A program made the translations under genes and the position numbers. A stretch of DNA of 64,000 nucleotides from a virus. Under the pieces are notes generated by a model that was not told the DNA's origin, ran no database searches, and saw only the letters and a program-made list of their open reading frames with translations. The stretch is from IMG/VR virus record IMGVR_UViG_3300029258_002856. One strand, given 5' to 3'. This document shows, piece after piece, positions 26,742 to 36,053 of this stretch (positions within the stretch are counted from its first letter, which is position 1; every line of letters begins with the position of its first letter).

Positions 26742-27019
26742 ACGTCAGACACGCCCGCGCACTCGCTGACGACCTGATGCGGATAACGCTGCACGGGCCG
26801 CCTCCGTTAGAGACTGTGATGCTCCTGGCGGAAGCAGTTATCGCGCTCTCGGACCGGTTGGAGGAAATCAACATCGCGCTCGAAGCGCATCCAGACTCGG
26901 AGCTGGGGGAGCTCGCCGAGGTCCTGAACAAGAACAACGTGGACATCATGCAGGAGAACGAGATGCTGCGCTTGCGCCTCTCGATTCTGGCAGGAAAAAT
27001 GAAAGGATTAGGAGGATGA
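26732..27019 (+). CDS. hypothetical protein
   Basis: ATG 26732 overlapping upstream stop. Confidence 0.7.
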   Translation: MAVNVRHARALADDLMRITLHGPPPLETVMLLAEAVIALSDRLEEINIALEAHPDSELGELAEVLNKNNVDIMQENEMLRLRLSILAGKMKGLGG

Positions 27020-28380
27020 CAGACTATCACCCCGACAAGAGCCTCGCGCGTTCAGGTGGGGAGTACGAGAAGCTCCGTGCCTGGTGGGATGAGGCACGGG
27101 GTGCGCTGGACGTTGATGTTCCGAAGAACTTCTCCATTGCCATGAACAACTATCTCCAGCGCGTCCAGCCATACCTGGATGAGCTGCGCGTGGAACAAGC
27201 GTCTTTCCTGGCCAAGCACGCCGAGAAGGACCTCGACGAGATTTACGATTTGCTGGGGCCGACGAAGCTGCACCAGGCAATGCAGGTTCTGCTCGCGGTG
27301 TTCCAGGTAGTTTCGGACTACCTCATCGAGACGTATGAGCATCCGAGCTATGCACTGCTCGCGGTGGACAAGCGCTACCACGCGCTCTGCGACTACGAGT
27401 ATACGAAGTTCAAGGAGTCGCTTGATTGGAGTTCGGAGCATTGCAACACGGAGTTCATCGTTCGTCACGCCATGAAGGTTTACAAGATGTGCGGGGAGAA
27501 GATGTACTTCGTTTCTCCAGGCCTCGAGTGGGAGTTGCGCAATACCGAGCTTCGGAAGATGCCGGAAGAGTTCCTTCGCCTTCCTTATCCGAGCATCTAC
27601 ATCGTTCTTCCTACGAAGGAGCCGTTCAAGGTCTTCAATGACCAGACGGGCTGGCACGACGTCGAGGGCATTTATCTGGTAGAGGACGAGTACACCAAGC
27701 CGCGGGTGTGGCGGGTCATCCTCACGGGAAAACCCAACGAGAACTCCAAACACAAGTTCGACGACGCGCTCTACCACTGGACCATCTACTTCCATCCGGG
27801 GAGCACCGTCGAAGAGTGCATTGATTTCTCGACCAAGGTGGGCATGTCCCAAATCGAGGAGGCGAAGCGGGAAGTCGTCGGTCCTGACGGTTCCATTTGC
27901 GAAGTCCTCAATCGGGTAGACCCCGCCAGCGAAGTAGCCAAGATTTTCAAGATGATGCGGGAGCCGCTGCTGGAGTCGTTCCGGTACGTCATGAACGTGG
28001 TGCTCTATGCGTCCCACCCGGACGCCGAGGTGCACGGGTTCAACTCCAACCCGGAGTACGACAAGCTCCGGCAACGTGCGATGAAGGCCCCCAAGGGGAA
28101 GAAGCGTGCGCGGCTGTTCGAGCGGTCTCGAAGTTTACGCGGTAAAGACCGGCTGCTGCTCGGAGGCTCTGTAGTGGTGAACCGCAAGGAGGCCGAGGCC
28201 GCAAAGAGTGAGGGTTCTGGGGTAAAAGGAAAGCAGAAGGTGCGTACTTATGTTGCTGGTCACTGGCAGCACTACTGGGTCGGCGAGGGACGGACGAAGC
28301 GTATCTACAAGCGCAAGCGTCCGTTCTGGCGTGGCCCGGAGGACGCACCGGTAACCCAGAAGACTCACAAGCTCACATAA
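27016..28380 (+). CDS. large hypothetical phage protein
   Basis: 454 aa; C-terminal V.GHWQ.YW.G.GR...KR..PFWRG motif typical of uncharacterised phage proteins. Confidence 0.85.
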   Translation: MTDYHPDKSLARSGGEYEKLRAWWDEARGALDVDVPKNFSIAMNNYLQRVQPYLDELRVEQASFLAKHAEKDLDEIYDLLGPTKLHQAMQVLLAVFQVVSDYLIETYEHPSYALLAVDKRYHALCDYEYTKFKESLDWSSEHCNTEFIVRHAMKVYKMCGEKMYFVSPGLEWELRNTELRKMPEEFLRLPYPSIYIVLPTKEPFKVFNDQTGWHDVEGIYLVEDEYTKPRVWRVILTGKPNENSKHKFDDALYHWTIYFHPGSTVEECIDFSTKVGMSQIEEAKREVVGPDGSICEVLNRVDPASEVAKIFKMMREPLLESFRYVMNVVLYASHPDAEVHGFNSNPEYDKLRQRAMKAPKGKKRARLFERSRSLRGKDRLLLGGSVVVNRKEAEAAKSEGSGVKGKQKVRTYVAGHWQHYWVGEGRTKRIYKRKRPFWRGPEDAPVTQKTHKLT

Positions 28381-28382
28381 GC

Positions 28383-28411
28383 AAAGAGGGCAGACTGCGG
28401 CCCTCTTTTTT
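28383..28411 (+). terminator. intrinsic terminator
   Basis: AAAGAGGGC/GCCCTCTTT stem plus T-tract. Confidence 0.8.
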
Positions 28412-28426
28412 CATCGGAGGAAAGAG

Positions 28427-28726
28427 ATGGCCGTAGCAAGGAAGAAAAAGAAGAAGTTCAAGTACCTGTTGATTACGGGAGAATTCGATGACCTCCACTA
28501 CTGTCACAACTTTGCGGACGTCAACCAGGTGATGGAAAGTATTGACCGTTTTGACCGTGTTGAGGGTGGTCCGAAAGTGGGGAAGCATGAAATCGATTTG
28601 ATAGGGTCGGAAGAGACGTCCACTACTGGTCTCATATTGGAGATTGCAGAGGACGGGAACATCCGGCCTGTGCCGCTCACGGCAGAACAGACCACGGTGT
28701 TCGACCGTGATTACAGTAAGAAGTAA
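28427..28726 (+). CDS. hypothetical protein
   Basis: SD GGAGG. Confidence 0.75.
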   Translation: MAVARKKKKKFKYLLITGEFDDLHYCHNFADVNQVMESIDRFDRVEGGPKVGKHEIDLIGSEETSTTGLILEIAEDGNIRPVPLTAEQTTVFDRDYSKK

Positions 28727-28730
28727 TCCC

Positions 28731-28874
28731 ATGACTACAATATTCAAATGGCTCTGGGGCTTGTTCTTTGGGAAGGACACTCGAAACTCTCCTACCGCCC
28801 ATCGCGTGAAGACCTATACACGTTCCCAAGGTGGCAGGAGAGTTCGAGTGCGAGGATACAGGAGAGGCGTATGA
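28731..28874 (+). CDS. small basic protein
   Basis: MTTIFKWLW...HRVKTYTRSQGGRRVRVRGYRRGV. Confidence 0.55.
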   Translation: MTTIFKWLWGLFFGKDTRNSPTAHRVKTYTRSQGGRRVRVRGYRRGV

Positions 28875-29563
28875 AGGTGAAAATCACGGACGTGATTCCT
28901 TCGGTGCGTCTCCCGGCGGGAAGGGTCGGCAAATATACCATCGACCAGTTCGAAGTCAACGAGATGGATGCGGTGACGTACAACCTCAAGCAGCACCTGC
29001 ATGATACCCCGGAGATGGGGATGATACCGGGGACGTATACTCGGCTTTGGCGGCAGGACGAGACACCCGTCGTCATGATGTCGGATACGCTCTCGGAGCG
29101 CCGTGACCACGTGGATTTTGTGCTCAGCGCGTGGGGAGACGTGCTGATAAACGGGCTCGGACTTGGGATGTGCATCGACCCGCTCATGGAGCAGGAGGAG
29201 GTGTGTCGAGTCACGGTCGTGGAGAAGCAGCAGGAAATCATCGACCTTGTAGCCCCGACCTACTGCCGCAGATACCCGAAGCGGTTTCGCATCGTGCACG
29301 CGGACGCATTCCTTTACGAACCCGAGGAGTGTCCCGACGTTGTGTGGAACGACATCTGGGACACCATCAGCGATTTGAACGTGCCGGAGATGGACACGTT
29401 GGAGGCCAAGTACGAAGAGGCAGCTTGGGTAGACTCCTGGGCGCGGGAGCGCTGCGAGAACTTTGTTGATTTCGTTAAGGCGCGCATCGAGAAGTGGGAC
29501 CAGATTGCGAAGAACCTGCGCCTGTTGCAGGAGAATGGGCGGTTTGTAGACTCGAGCGATTGA
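28871..29563 (+). CDS. class I SAM-dependent methyltransferase, spermidine-synthase-like
   Basis: VLINGLGLG (motif I), VTVVEK..EII, IVHADAF, DVVWNDIW. Confidence 0.75.
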   Translation: MKVKITDVIPSVRLPAGRVGKYTIDQFEVNEMDAVTYNLKQHLHDTPEMGMIPGTYTRLWRQDETPVVMMSDTLSERRDHVDFVLSAWGDVLINGLGLGMCIDPLMEQEEVCRVTVVEKQQEIIDLVAPTYCRRYPKRFRIVHADAFLYEPEECPDVVWNDIWDTISDLNVPEMDTLEAKYEEAAWVDSWARERCENFVDFVKARIEKWDQIAKNLRLLQENGRFVDSSD

Positions 29564-29591
29564 GCTATCATTGAGGACAGGAGGGAAGGAC

Positions 29592-29714
29592 ATGAACAGC
29601 ATTCGCGTAGCGATGGAAACGGACAGGAAATTGACCTTGGTCGAGCTTGCCGTTGCCGTCCCGCTGCTGTCCCTGGCAGTGGGGCTCATTGTTTGTGGCC
29701 TAGTCTACTTCTAG
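29592..29714 (+). CDS. small membrane protein (40 aa)
   Basis: SD GGAGG/AAGGA; single TM helix. Confidence 0.55.
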   Translation: MNSIRVAMETDRKLTLVELAVAVPLLSLAVGLIVCGLVYF

Positions 29715-29755
29715 TTCCTTTTCCCATACGACATTAAGCACAGTGGAGGTGTGTC

Positions 29756-30241
29756 ATGCGCCTGACGCAGGACATTATCGATTTGGTGGTAAAGCACCTG
29801 AGGGACGAGTTGTTCGAAAAGAAGCATGACGGGGCAGACTGCCCAATCTGCACCCGCAAGGTGAAGATGTACAAACGGAAGCTCAACAAGGACATGGCGA
29901 AGTTCCTGGTGATGCTCGTTAGCAAGTTCCGAGAGGAGCGCCGCTTTTACGCGACGAACGAAATCATTCAGGGCGGTAATAAGAATGCGACGGACGGGAT
30001 TTACCTGGTACACTGGGGCCTGATTGAAAAATCCGATGATACGAACCGTGGAACTCAGGGGTTGGGACTTTTCCGTCCGACGCAGGATGGCATCAGCTTT
30101 GCGCTTAACGAGACGGTGGTGCCTACGCATGCGCACATTTTCTTGGGCGAGAAAGTAGGTGAGAGTTTTGACAGATGCTACATTGCGGACGTTCTTGGAA
30201 AGAATGACTATTCAGTTCTTAGAGGACATTGGTTATCCTGA
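29756..30241 (+). CDS. hypothetical protein with CPIC motif
   Basis: SD GGAGG. Confidence 0.75.
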   Translation: MRLTQDIIDLVVKHLRDELFEKKHDGADCPICTRKVKMYKRKLNKDMAKFLVMLVSKFREERRFYATNEIIQGGNKNATDGIYLVHWGLIEKSDDTNRGTQGLGLFRPTQDGISFALNETVVPTHAHIFLGEKVGESFDRCYIADVLGKNDYSVLRGHWLS

Positions 30242-30446
30242 GTACGCGCCGCGGTTTCGTATCGAGGACATTGAATACTGCCCGGCGTGTGGCGCACCAT
30301 GGAAAGGCACCAAGAGGTACGGTACTCGGGTAATCGCGCTCGAAGACCCGAACATTTACGACGGAACGTGTTACTGGATATGTCCGGATTGCAACGCATG
30401 CTGGGATGCTTTCACCGGGGAAATGACGAAGGAACCCGATGAGTGA
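30204..30446 (+). CDS. zinc-ribbon protein
   Basis: CPAC...CPDC. Confidence 0.7.
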   Translation: MTIQFLEDIGYPEYAPRFRIEDIEYCPACGAPWKGTKRYGTRVIALEDPNIYDGTCYWICPDCNACWDAFTGEMTKEPDE

Positions 30447-30798
30447 TGAGACCAAAAACATAGGGCGGCACATCACCGTAGTGATTACGGAGAGGTTGAC
30501 GAGAGACGTAGACCTGGACGCGGATGAGCCGGTCTCGTTGCAGATACAAGGGCGACGTCTCGTTGCACCCGGGATGAAGCCCTATCCCCAGCTTGCTCCG
30601 AATGAGCTTGTCCAAATCCTGGTCGATTCCATTGCCGCGGTGGCACAGGAATACTTGGGGGACTCTGTGGACCTCGAAGCGTTTGCGGATGATGTTGCCG
30701 AGGATGTCCTCTTCCATCTCGAGTGTATGGAGAAGGTTCCCGACCAGGATGAGATTCATGTTGCCACTGCGCAATCTGGTTTGAAAAATATTCACTAG
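30439..30798 (+). CDS. acidic hypothetical protein
   Basis: Coupled ORF. Confidence 0.7.
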   Translation: MSDETKNIGRHITVVITERLTRDVDLDADEPVSLQIQGRRLVAPGMKPYPQLAPNELVQILVDSIAAVAQEYLGDSVDLEAFADDVAEDVLFHLECMEKVPDQDEIHVATAQSGLKNIH

Positions 30799-30810
30799 CT
30801 GTGGTACAAA
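30781..30810 (+). promoter_or_regulatory. sigma70-like promoter
   Basis: TTGAAA-N18-TACAAA with TG extension (TGGTACAAA). Confidence 0.55.
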
Positions 30811-31207
30811 GATGTGTCATGCGGCGTGTCTATGTTTTCACGCCGCACTATGCATGTGCCGCTTCGGCGGCAGCTACGGGGACTGTCGGGACAGTCCCAA
30901 CACAGACGGTTGTAGACCCATGAGTGAAAGGAGGGACCCAAATTGCCTGACTGAAACTCACAAGTTTCACAACCAATTAATGTTAAGGGTCGCAGCGTTT
31001 CTACGGGAAGCCTGCTGCCAGAATGTCCCGGGCTAAATTATGCCGACGTGGGGCTGGCAGTCGGTTCGCAGGACTATGGTTGAGCCGATTCCCGTGCACA
31101 AGTTGAGTGGCAGCGCCCTTCGGGGACTGTGACGACCACGGGCATAAACCCAACGTGAACGAGGACGAGCCCCAGCCTGATACGCTGGCAGCTCGTCCTT
31201 TCTTTTT
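30811..31207 (+). ncRNA. candidate structured ncRNA of unknown family (~390 nt)
   Basis: Promoter upstream, terminator downstream, no credible ORF, many perfect stems including two C(UUCG)G loops. Confidence 0.6.
31162..31207 (+). terminator. intrinsic terminator
   Basis: AGGACGAGC/GCTCGTCCT stem plus TTTCTTTTT. Confidence 0.75.
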
Positions 31208-31274
31208 GGTCCGAGAACATCCGCCTATACTTTACCTGATGTTCACGCGGTAACTACATTTACGGAGTAATGGT

Positions 31275-31907
31275 GTGTACACGGTTTCGGTAGAAAACAT
31301 CAGCGGGGGAGTCATTGTTATCCAGGACCCGTACCCTACAGAGGGGCGGTTGACGATGCCGGTTGCCCCGGGAGAGACTGAAGTCCAGGAGATGATGGAC
31401 TCGCAGTACGACCGCATCAAGCCCCAACTCGACTGGCACCAGATAGAAGGGCGCATCCTCTATACGGCCTTCAATGGTCCGGCCAGCAAAATTATTAACG
31501 ACTCCAGTGTTCCCGGGCAGAGCGTAAAAGACGCGCTCGAAAACATTGTGGCCGGGTACACGCTTGACGTTTTTGCTTTGGCGGCTGGGCGTCAGGGCGC
31601 TGACATCACCGACGTGTATTTGCGGGGGCCGGGAGGGGTCCCAACAAATTTGGCGGGCTACGTCATGGCGTTCGACGCCAGGATTGTTGCTATTAGCCTA
31701 GCGACCACCGGAGCTGAAACCTGGACGTTGGAGATTCGAAAGAACAACAGCGCAACGGTGATTGCGTCGCTGTCTTCCGGGGGTGCGGACAAGGCGTATG
31801 ACGATACGATTGCCGTGGACGTTGACGCGGGGGACGAGCTCCAGTTCTACTGTAACGGGACGGCTATTTCTGCGCCCAGCGGTACGATTATCTTGAGGAG
31901 GCGATAA
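31275..31907 (+). CDS. putative virion structural protein
   Basis: GTG start after GGAG; beta-rich C-terminal domain; first gene of structural-like operon. Confidence 0.65.
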   Translation: MYTVSVENISGGVIVIQDPYPTEGRLTMPVAPGETEVQEMMDSQYDRIKPQLDWHQIEGRILYTAFNGPASKIINDSSVPGQSVKDALENIVAGYTLDVFALAAGRQGADITDVYLRGPGGVPTNLAGYVMAFDARIVAISLATTGAETWTLEIRKNNSATVIASLSSGGADKAYDDTIAVDVDAGDELQFYCNGTAISAPSGTIILRRR

Positions 31908-33715
31908 TGGGTCTCTACCTCACAACGACTGGCACCCTCGACCCTGTGATAGTTGATGACCTGGGAGCGCGGTCCTTCCCGCATCCTACTGTGGACTTTG
32001 ACCTCATGGATGAGTTCACGGAGGACGAGGTTCAATCGTCACGTGACCTTCAAGCGCTCATCGATGCGGGGCATATCATCATCAAAGATGACGAAGGTGA
32101 CCTAGTTCCTATCGTCCAGGAGGCTGGGCCACACAAGCACCCGATAGGGGATTTACTCGACCTCACGCAGTTTGCGGATATGAGTGAGCCCACGGGATTT
32201 CCTACACGTGACGATAGTGTGATTTCCTTCGTTGACGGGAGTCGCACGTTTACCATCGAACCCGCGGTGAGTGAGTTCAGCTATTACATTTCCGGTGTAA
32301 AGCACGTAAAGTCTTCCTCGCAGACGAAGGTGATCTCTATAGACGAGGGGCTGCATTACCTCTATTTTGATGGGGACACACTCACTGAAACCACGACTTT
32401 CGACATCAATCTGCTTTACGAAAAAGCATTAGTGGCAATCGTTTACTGGGACGCGTCTAACTCCAAGCAAATCTATTTCGCGGATGAGCGCCATGGTTGC
32501 ACCATGGACGGGCAGACGCACGCACTCTTGCACCTGGTTAGAGGTACGGCCTGGATAACAGGATTGGCGATTGATGGACTGCTAACGGACCAAGACGGGT
32601 CACTCGATACTCACGCGCAGGCGGGATACACGGCGGGGGTAATCCGGGATGAGGACCTCACGTTTGATATAGCAGCGGACACAGCTCCTGCGCAGATACC
32701 TGTTTATTACAAGGACGGGGCTACTCCGGTTTGGAGGCAGTTCACGGCAACGAACTTTCCCGTAAGACAGTATCTAGGAAATCCGGCGAATCGATTAGCG
32801 TACAACCAGTTCACCGGAGGTTCGTGGCAGCAGACGCAAGTCACTGATGGTGACTACGTGCTGGCACATTTGTTTGCTACCAATGACGCTGCTCGCCCTG
32901 TTATCGCTATTCAGGGGCAGAACGAATACGGGAATTTGCCACAAGCGCGCGTGGGTGCTTCGGTAGAATTGTCTAATTTGGTATTGGGCGGTTTTCCGAC
33001 GGTAGAGATAACCCCTCTAGGTACTATCATCTTTCAGACAAAGGCGACATACACCAATTCGGTCAAGGCGCGCACGGTGTCGAGTCTTAGTGCTGACTAC
33101 GTAGATCACCGTACGTTCACTGCGGCGAGTACCGGTAGCGTCAATGACCACGGTAATCTTTCTGGTCTTAATGATGACGACCATCTCCAGTACATGGCCA
33201 TGGCACGTGTCGGGGATGTTACAGGTCTTATAAATGAAGCCGCTCCTGGAGGGACCGACGTGCTTTTGATGGAGCGGGCGTCAGATGGCGCAAAAAGAAA
33301 AGTTCCTGTCAGTGCGGTAGGCGGGGGGAGCAGCGGACCGCCGACAGTTATTCAAGGGTCAGAAGATACGCAAGATAGCACTACGTCAGGGTCTTGGGTA
33401 CTAGCGTGGCGTTTTTCTCCCACACTCGAAGTTGCCAAGTACGTGCTTTGGTTTTCTTCTGAGATTGTATCCGGTAACGGTACCGATAAAGTGCACGCGA
33501 AACTCGAACTCGACGACACAACGGTCATATCCCAAGTAGCGCACGAACCTGAAGACCTGGAAAACAATGAGTGGCAGACCTTTGCGGGGGTTTATTTTCT
33601 GAATAATACAGTTGCAGGTTCTCATAATTTTGACTTTGATATTTTTAGTCAGAATGGCGGGAATACTGCGTACATTCGGCGTAAACGCATCGTACTCATG
33701 AAGGTGGAGGAGTAA
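31907..33715 (+). CDS. putative tail fibre/virion accessory protein
   Basis: 602 aa beta-rich; DHGNLSGLNDDDHLQY motif typical of phage fibre proteins. Confidence 0.65.
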   Translation: MGLYLTTTGTLDPVIVDDLGARSFPHPTVDFDLMDEFTEDEVQSSRDLQALIDAGHIIIKDDEGDLVPIVQEAGPHKHPIGDLLDLTQFADMSEPTGFPTRDDSVISFVDGSRTFTIEPAVSEFSYYISGVKHVKSSSQTKVISIDEGLHYLYFDGDTLTETTTFDINLLYEKALVAIVYWDASNSKQIYFADERHGCTMDGQTHALLHLVRGTAWITGLAIDGLLTDQDGSLDTHAQAGYTAGVIRDEDLTFDIAADTAPAQIPVYYKDGATPVWRQFTATNFPVRQYLGNPANRLAYNQFTGGSWQQTQVTDGDYVLAHLFATNDAARPVIAIQGQNEYGNLPQARVGASVELSNLVLGGFPTVEITPLGTIIFQTKATYTNSVKARTVSSLSADYVDHRTFTAASTGSVNDHGNLSGLNDDDHLQYMAMARVGDVTGLINEAAPGGTDVLLMERASDGAKRKVPVSAVGGGSSGPPTVIQGSEDTQDSTTSGSWVLAWRFSPTLEVAKYVLWFSSEIVSGNGTDKVHAKLELDDTTVISQVAHEPEDLENNEWQTFAGVYFLNNTVAGSHNFDFDIFSQNGGNTAYIRRKRIVLMKVEE

Positions 33716-33716
33716 T

Positions 33717-34337
33717 ATGGCCGCCACTAAGTACTCGTATTCGGTTTCGGGGGACTTCCCAAACCAAAAAGTGAATCCCACATCTCTCAAAAATGAGATT
33801 GAGGCCAGTTCAATAGCCATAACGTTTGGGTATGTGTTCGTAAAGGGAGATGTTTGTGACCTTTGGTTTGATGATGTCCTCTCCACCGAAGACCAGTTGA
33901 CGTTAGACGGCGTAGTGGCGGCACACCAAGCTACGCCCCCCTACATATTCGTCTTTAAGGCGTCGTCGAAAGTGGTGGGGAGTGACCCTAAAAGTATTAC
34001 TAATCCTTCAGAATGGGAAGAGGCGGGTGGGGCCGTTACAAACATAAGTTTTTTCCTTCCGGACGTCACTAAGGCATGGGGACGATTTAGTGTGGATGTT
34101 AAGACGAACGGCGCTGGCGCGAAACTTCGAGTTATTCGTCAAAGTGACGGCGCGGTTTGTACTGCGGCAGACATCGATATCCCGGATACTGGAGGGACGT
34201 GGCAAATCGTATCGTTTTGGGCTAATCAGAATCAACCCCCTGGACCAGACCGGTTTGTGTTGCAAGGATTCCTCAATGGAGCCACCGATTTCCAAGTTCG
34301 GGACTGTGCGGTGTCCTTGATGGCGTGCAACCAGTAA
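33717..34337 (+). CDS. putative virion structural protein
   Basis: Beta-rich; in operon with 31907..33715. Confidence 0.6.
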   Translation: MAATKYSYSVSGDFPNQKVNPTSLKNEIEASSIAITFGYVFVKGDVCDLWFDDVLSTEDQLTLDGVVAAHQATPPYIFVFKASSKVVGSDPKSITNPSEWEEAGGAVTNISFFLPDVTKAWGRFSVDVKTNGAGAKLRVIRQSDGAVCTAADIDIPDTGGTWQIVSFWANQNQPPGPDRFVLQGFLNGATDFQVRDCAVSLMACNQ

Positions 34338-34338
34338 C

Positions 34339-34893
34339 ATGTCTGGAAAAGTTCTTATCGCTCTTTCCGCTTCGAACGCCTTCTACGGAAAATTACTCCG
34401 TAAAGCCCTGTATGAGCATTCGAAGACACCCAAGGACGAGCAAGTCAATCATGCCTTCATCGTCTACAAGTCCAGTGACTGGCAGGACTGGCGCGCGGTG
34501 GACATTCAGGAGAAGGGCGTGCAGCCCACTCTTCCGGTCAAGCACCTGAAACGGGTGGACTACGTGGAGTGTTATGAGTTGCCCGATGTAGACCTCTGGA
34601 AAGGTCTACGCAGTTGCAAGAATGACCTCTACAAGAAGTACGATTGGATAGGTCTTATTTTTGGTTTTGTACGCCTGCTCTTAGCGCTTGTTGGCTGGAA
34701 GCTCAAAAATCCCATTCATGCCCACAACCGTCTCTTCTGTAGTGAGTACGTGGCGAAGGTCCTGAAGAAGTCAGGGGCTCCTGCGGTGGACCACTGGGCA
34801 CCCGCCAATGTTTCACCGAAAGACTTGCAAGACTACCTGCACCATTACGGGAAGAAGGCTCCCCCACCTACTGCACTCATTGAGGCTATGTGA
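34339..34893 (+). CDS. permuted papain-like (YaeF/YiiX, C92-type NlpC/P60) enzyme
   Basis: N-terminal NHAFIV His, KYDWIG, C-terminal LFCSEYVA Cys. Confidence 0.75.
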   Translation: MSGKVLIALSASNAFYGKLLRKALYEHSKTPKDEQVNHAFIVYKSSDWQDWRAVDIQEKGVQPTLPVKHLKRVDYVECYELPDVDLWKGLRSCKNDLYKKYDWIGLIFGFVRLLLALVGWKLKNPIHAHNRLFCSEYVAKVLKKSGAPAVDHWAPANVSPKDLQDYLHHYGKKAPPPTALIEAM

Positions 34894-35243
34894 TGTACGA
34901 ATACCGAGGCAAAGTCATCAAGGTTGTGGATGCGGACACGTTGGACATCGCGCTTGACCTGGGGTTCAGCCATACCTGGGAAGTTCGTTTCCGGCTGGCC
35001 AACATCGATGCCTGGGAAGTGCGGGGGGAAGAACGAGAACAGGGACTCGTTGCCAAGGAGTACGTCATCGAGCGGCTCGCCAACATGGAAGGCGAGTACG
35101 TGGTGGTGAAGACGTACAAGGACAAGACCGGTAAGTACGGTCGTTACCTGGCGGATATCTTCATCCCTGAAAAGACCGGCGAGCTCGTAAATCTTAACGA
35201 GGAGCTGGTCAAGCTCGGTCACGCCAAGTGGGCGAGTTACTAG
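34893..35243 (+). CDS. thermonuclease (SNase-like) family protein
   Basis: YEY.GKVIKVVDADTLD...DLGF...RFRLANIDA.E, KYGRYLA. Confidence 0.85.
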   Translation: MYEYRGKVIKVVDADTLDIALDLGFSHTWEVRFRLANIDAWEVRGEEREQGLVAKEYVIERLANMEGEYVVVKTYKDKTGKYGRYLADIFIPEKTGELVNLNEELVKLGHAKWASY

Positions 35244-35268
35244 TAACCTCCTACAAAGGAGTTGTGAT

Positions 35269-35502
35269 ATGCAACGGCTCATTCGTGTTTTGAGCGTGTT
35301 GGCGTTTATTGTCGCCATCGCGTTTCTCTTTTTTTGGGCAACGACGCTCTGTAGTTGTATGCCAGAAGCCGAAAAGTATGTGCGCCTACGGTATCCGCAT
35401 TGTGACGTAAAATTAGTGGAAAAGACTTCGAAGGACTCGAAGTTCTTGATATCCTGTCCGGGACAGGAACCGTTCGAAAGGTCGTACCGGGAGATGCGGT
35501 AA
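35269..35502 (+). CDS. small secreted/membrane protein
   Basis: N-terminal hydrophobic helix followed by Cys. Confidence 0.65.
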   Translation: MQRLIRVLSVLAFIVAIAFLFFWATTLCSCMPEAEKYVRLRYPHCDVKLVEKTSKDSKFLISCPGQEPFERSYREMR

Positions 35503-36053
35503 TGCCATTCAAGAGCAAAGCGCAGCAGCGATGGATGTTCGCTGCGGAGGAGCGGGGGGAAGTTCCCAAGGGGACTGCCAAGCGTTGGGCGGACCATACC
35601 CCGAATATTAAAAAGCTACCGGAGGAAAAGAAGATGCGCAAATCAGCAGAACAAATCGCCCATGCGGTGCTCGTGAAGGTGGCGACGGGTAGTTGCGCCA
35701 CTCCGGGTAAGAAAATCAAGAGCAAAGGGAAGGGTCAGGGGAAAGCTCGGGGGAAGGGTAAGGGTCCTCTCGGAATTCCTCGGGACATGAAAACCGCGGA
35801 ACAAATTGCCCATGCGGTGCTCGTGAAGGTGGCGGAGGAAGAGGGGAAGGCCCCCATCACCATCGGTGGACGTATTGGCGGTTCCATCATCGGTGCACAG
35901 TTGGGCGCAATTCTCGCCTCTCTTGCGAGCAGAGGTAATACCCCCATGGGCATTGCGGGTGCCCTCTTGGGTGCTGGGGGCGGTTACGGTGTCGGTACCG
36001 CTATTGACCGTGCTCGCCAGCGTTCTATCAAAAAGCAGATGGGCATTGAGTAG
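35502..36053 (+). CDS. putative virion-internal protein with two AEQIAHAVLVKVA motifs
   Basis: N-terminal MPFKSKAQQRWMFA module; duplicated motif; Gly-rich hydrophobic C-terminus. Confidence 0.7.
   Translation: MPFKSKAQQRWMFAAEERGEVPKGTAKRWADHTPNIKKLPEEKKMRKSAEQIAHAVLVKVATGSCATPGKKIKSKGKGQGKARGKGKGPLGIPRDMKTAEQIAHAVLVKVAEEEGKAPITIGGRIGGSIIGAQLGAILASLASRGNTPMGIAGALLGAGGGYGVGTAIDRARQRSIKKQMGIE
35649..35834 (+). repeat. 36-bp direct repeat pair (35649-35684 and 35799-35834)
   Basis: GAACAAAT(C/T)GCCCATGCGGTGCTCGTGAAGGTGGCG, one mismatch, 150 bp apart, in frame. Confidence 0.9.

Noticed and set aside
30812-31036. 74-aa ORF inside the structured RNA candidate
   Set aside because: No SD, atypical composition, and it overlaps perfect hairpins; more likely incidental
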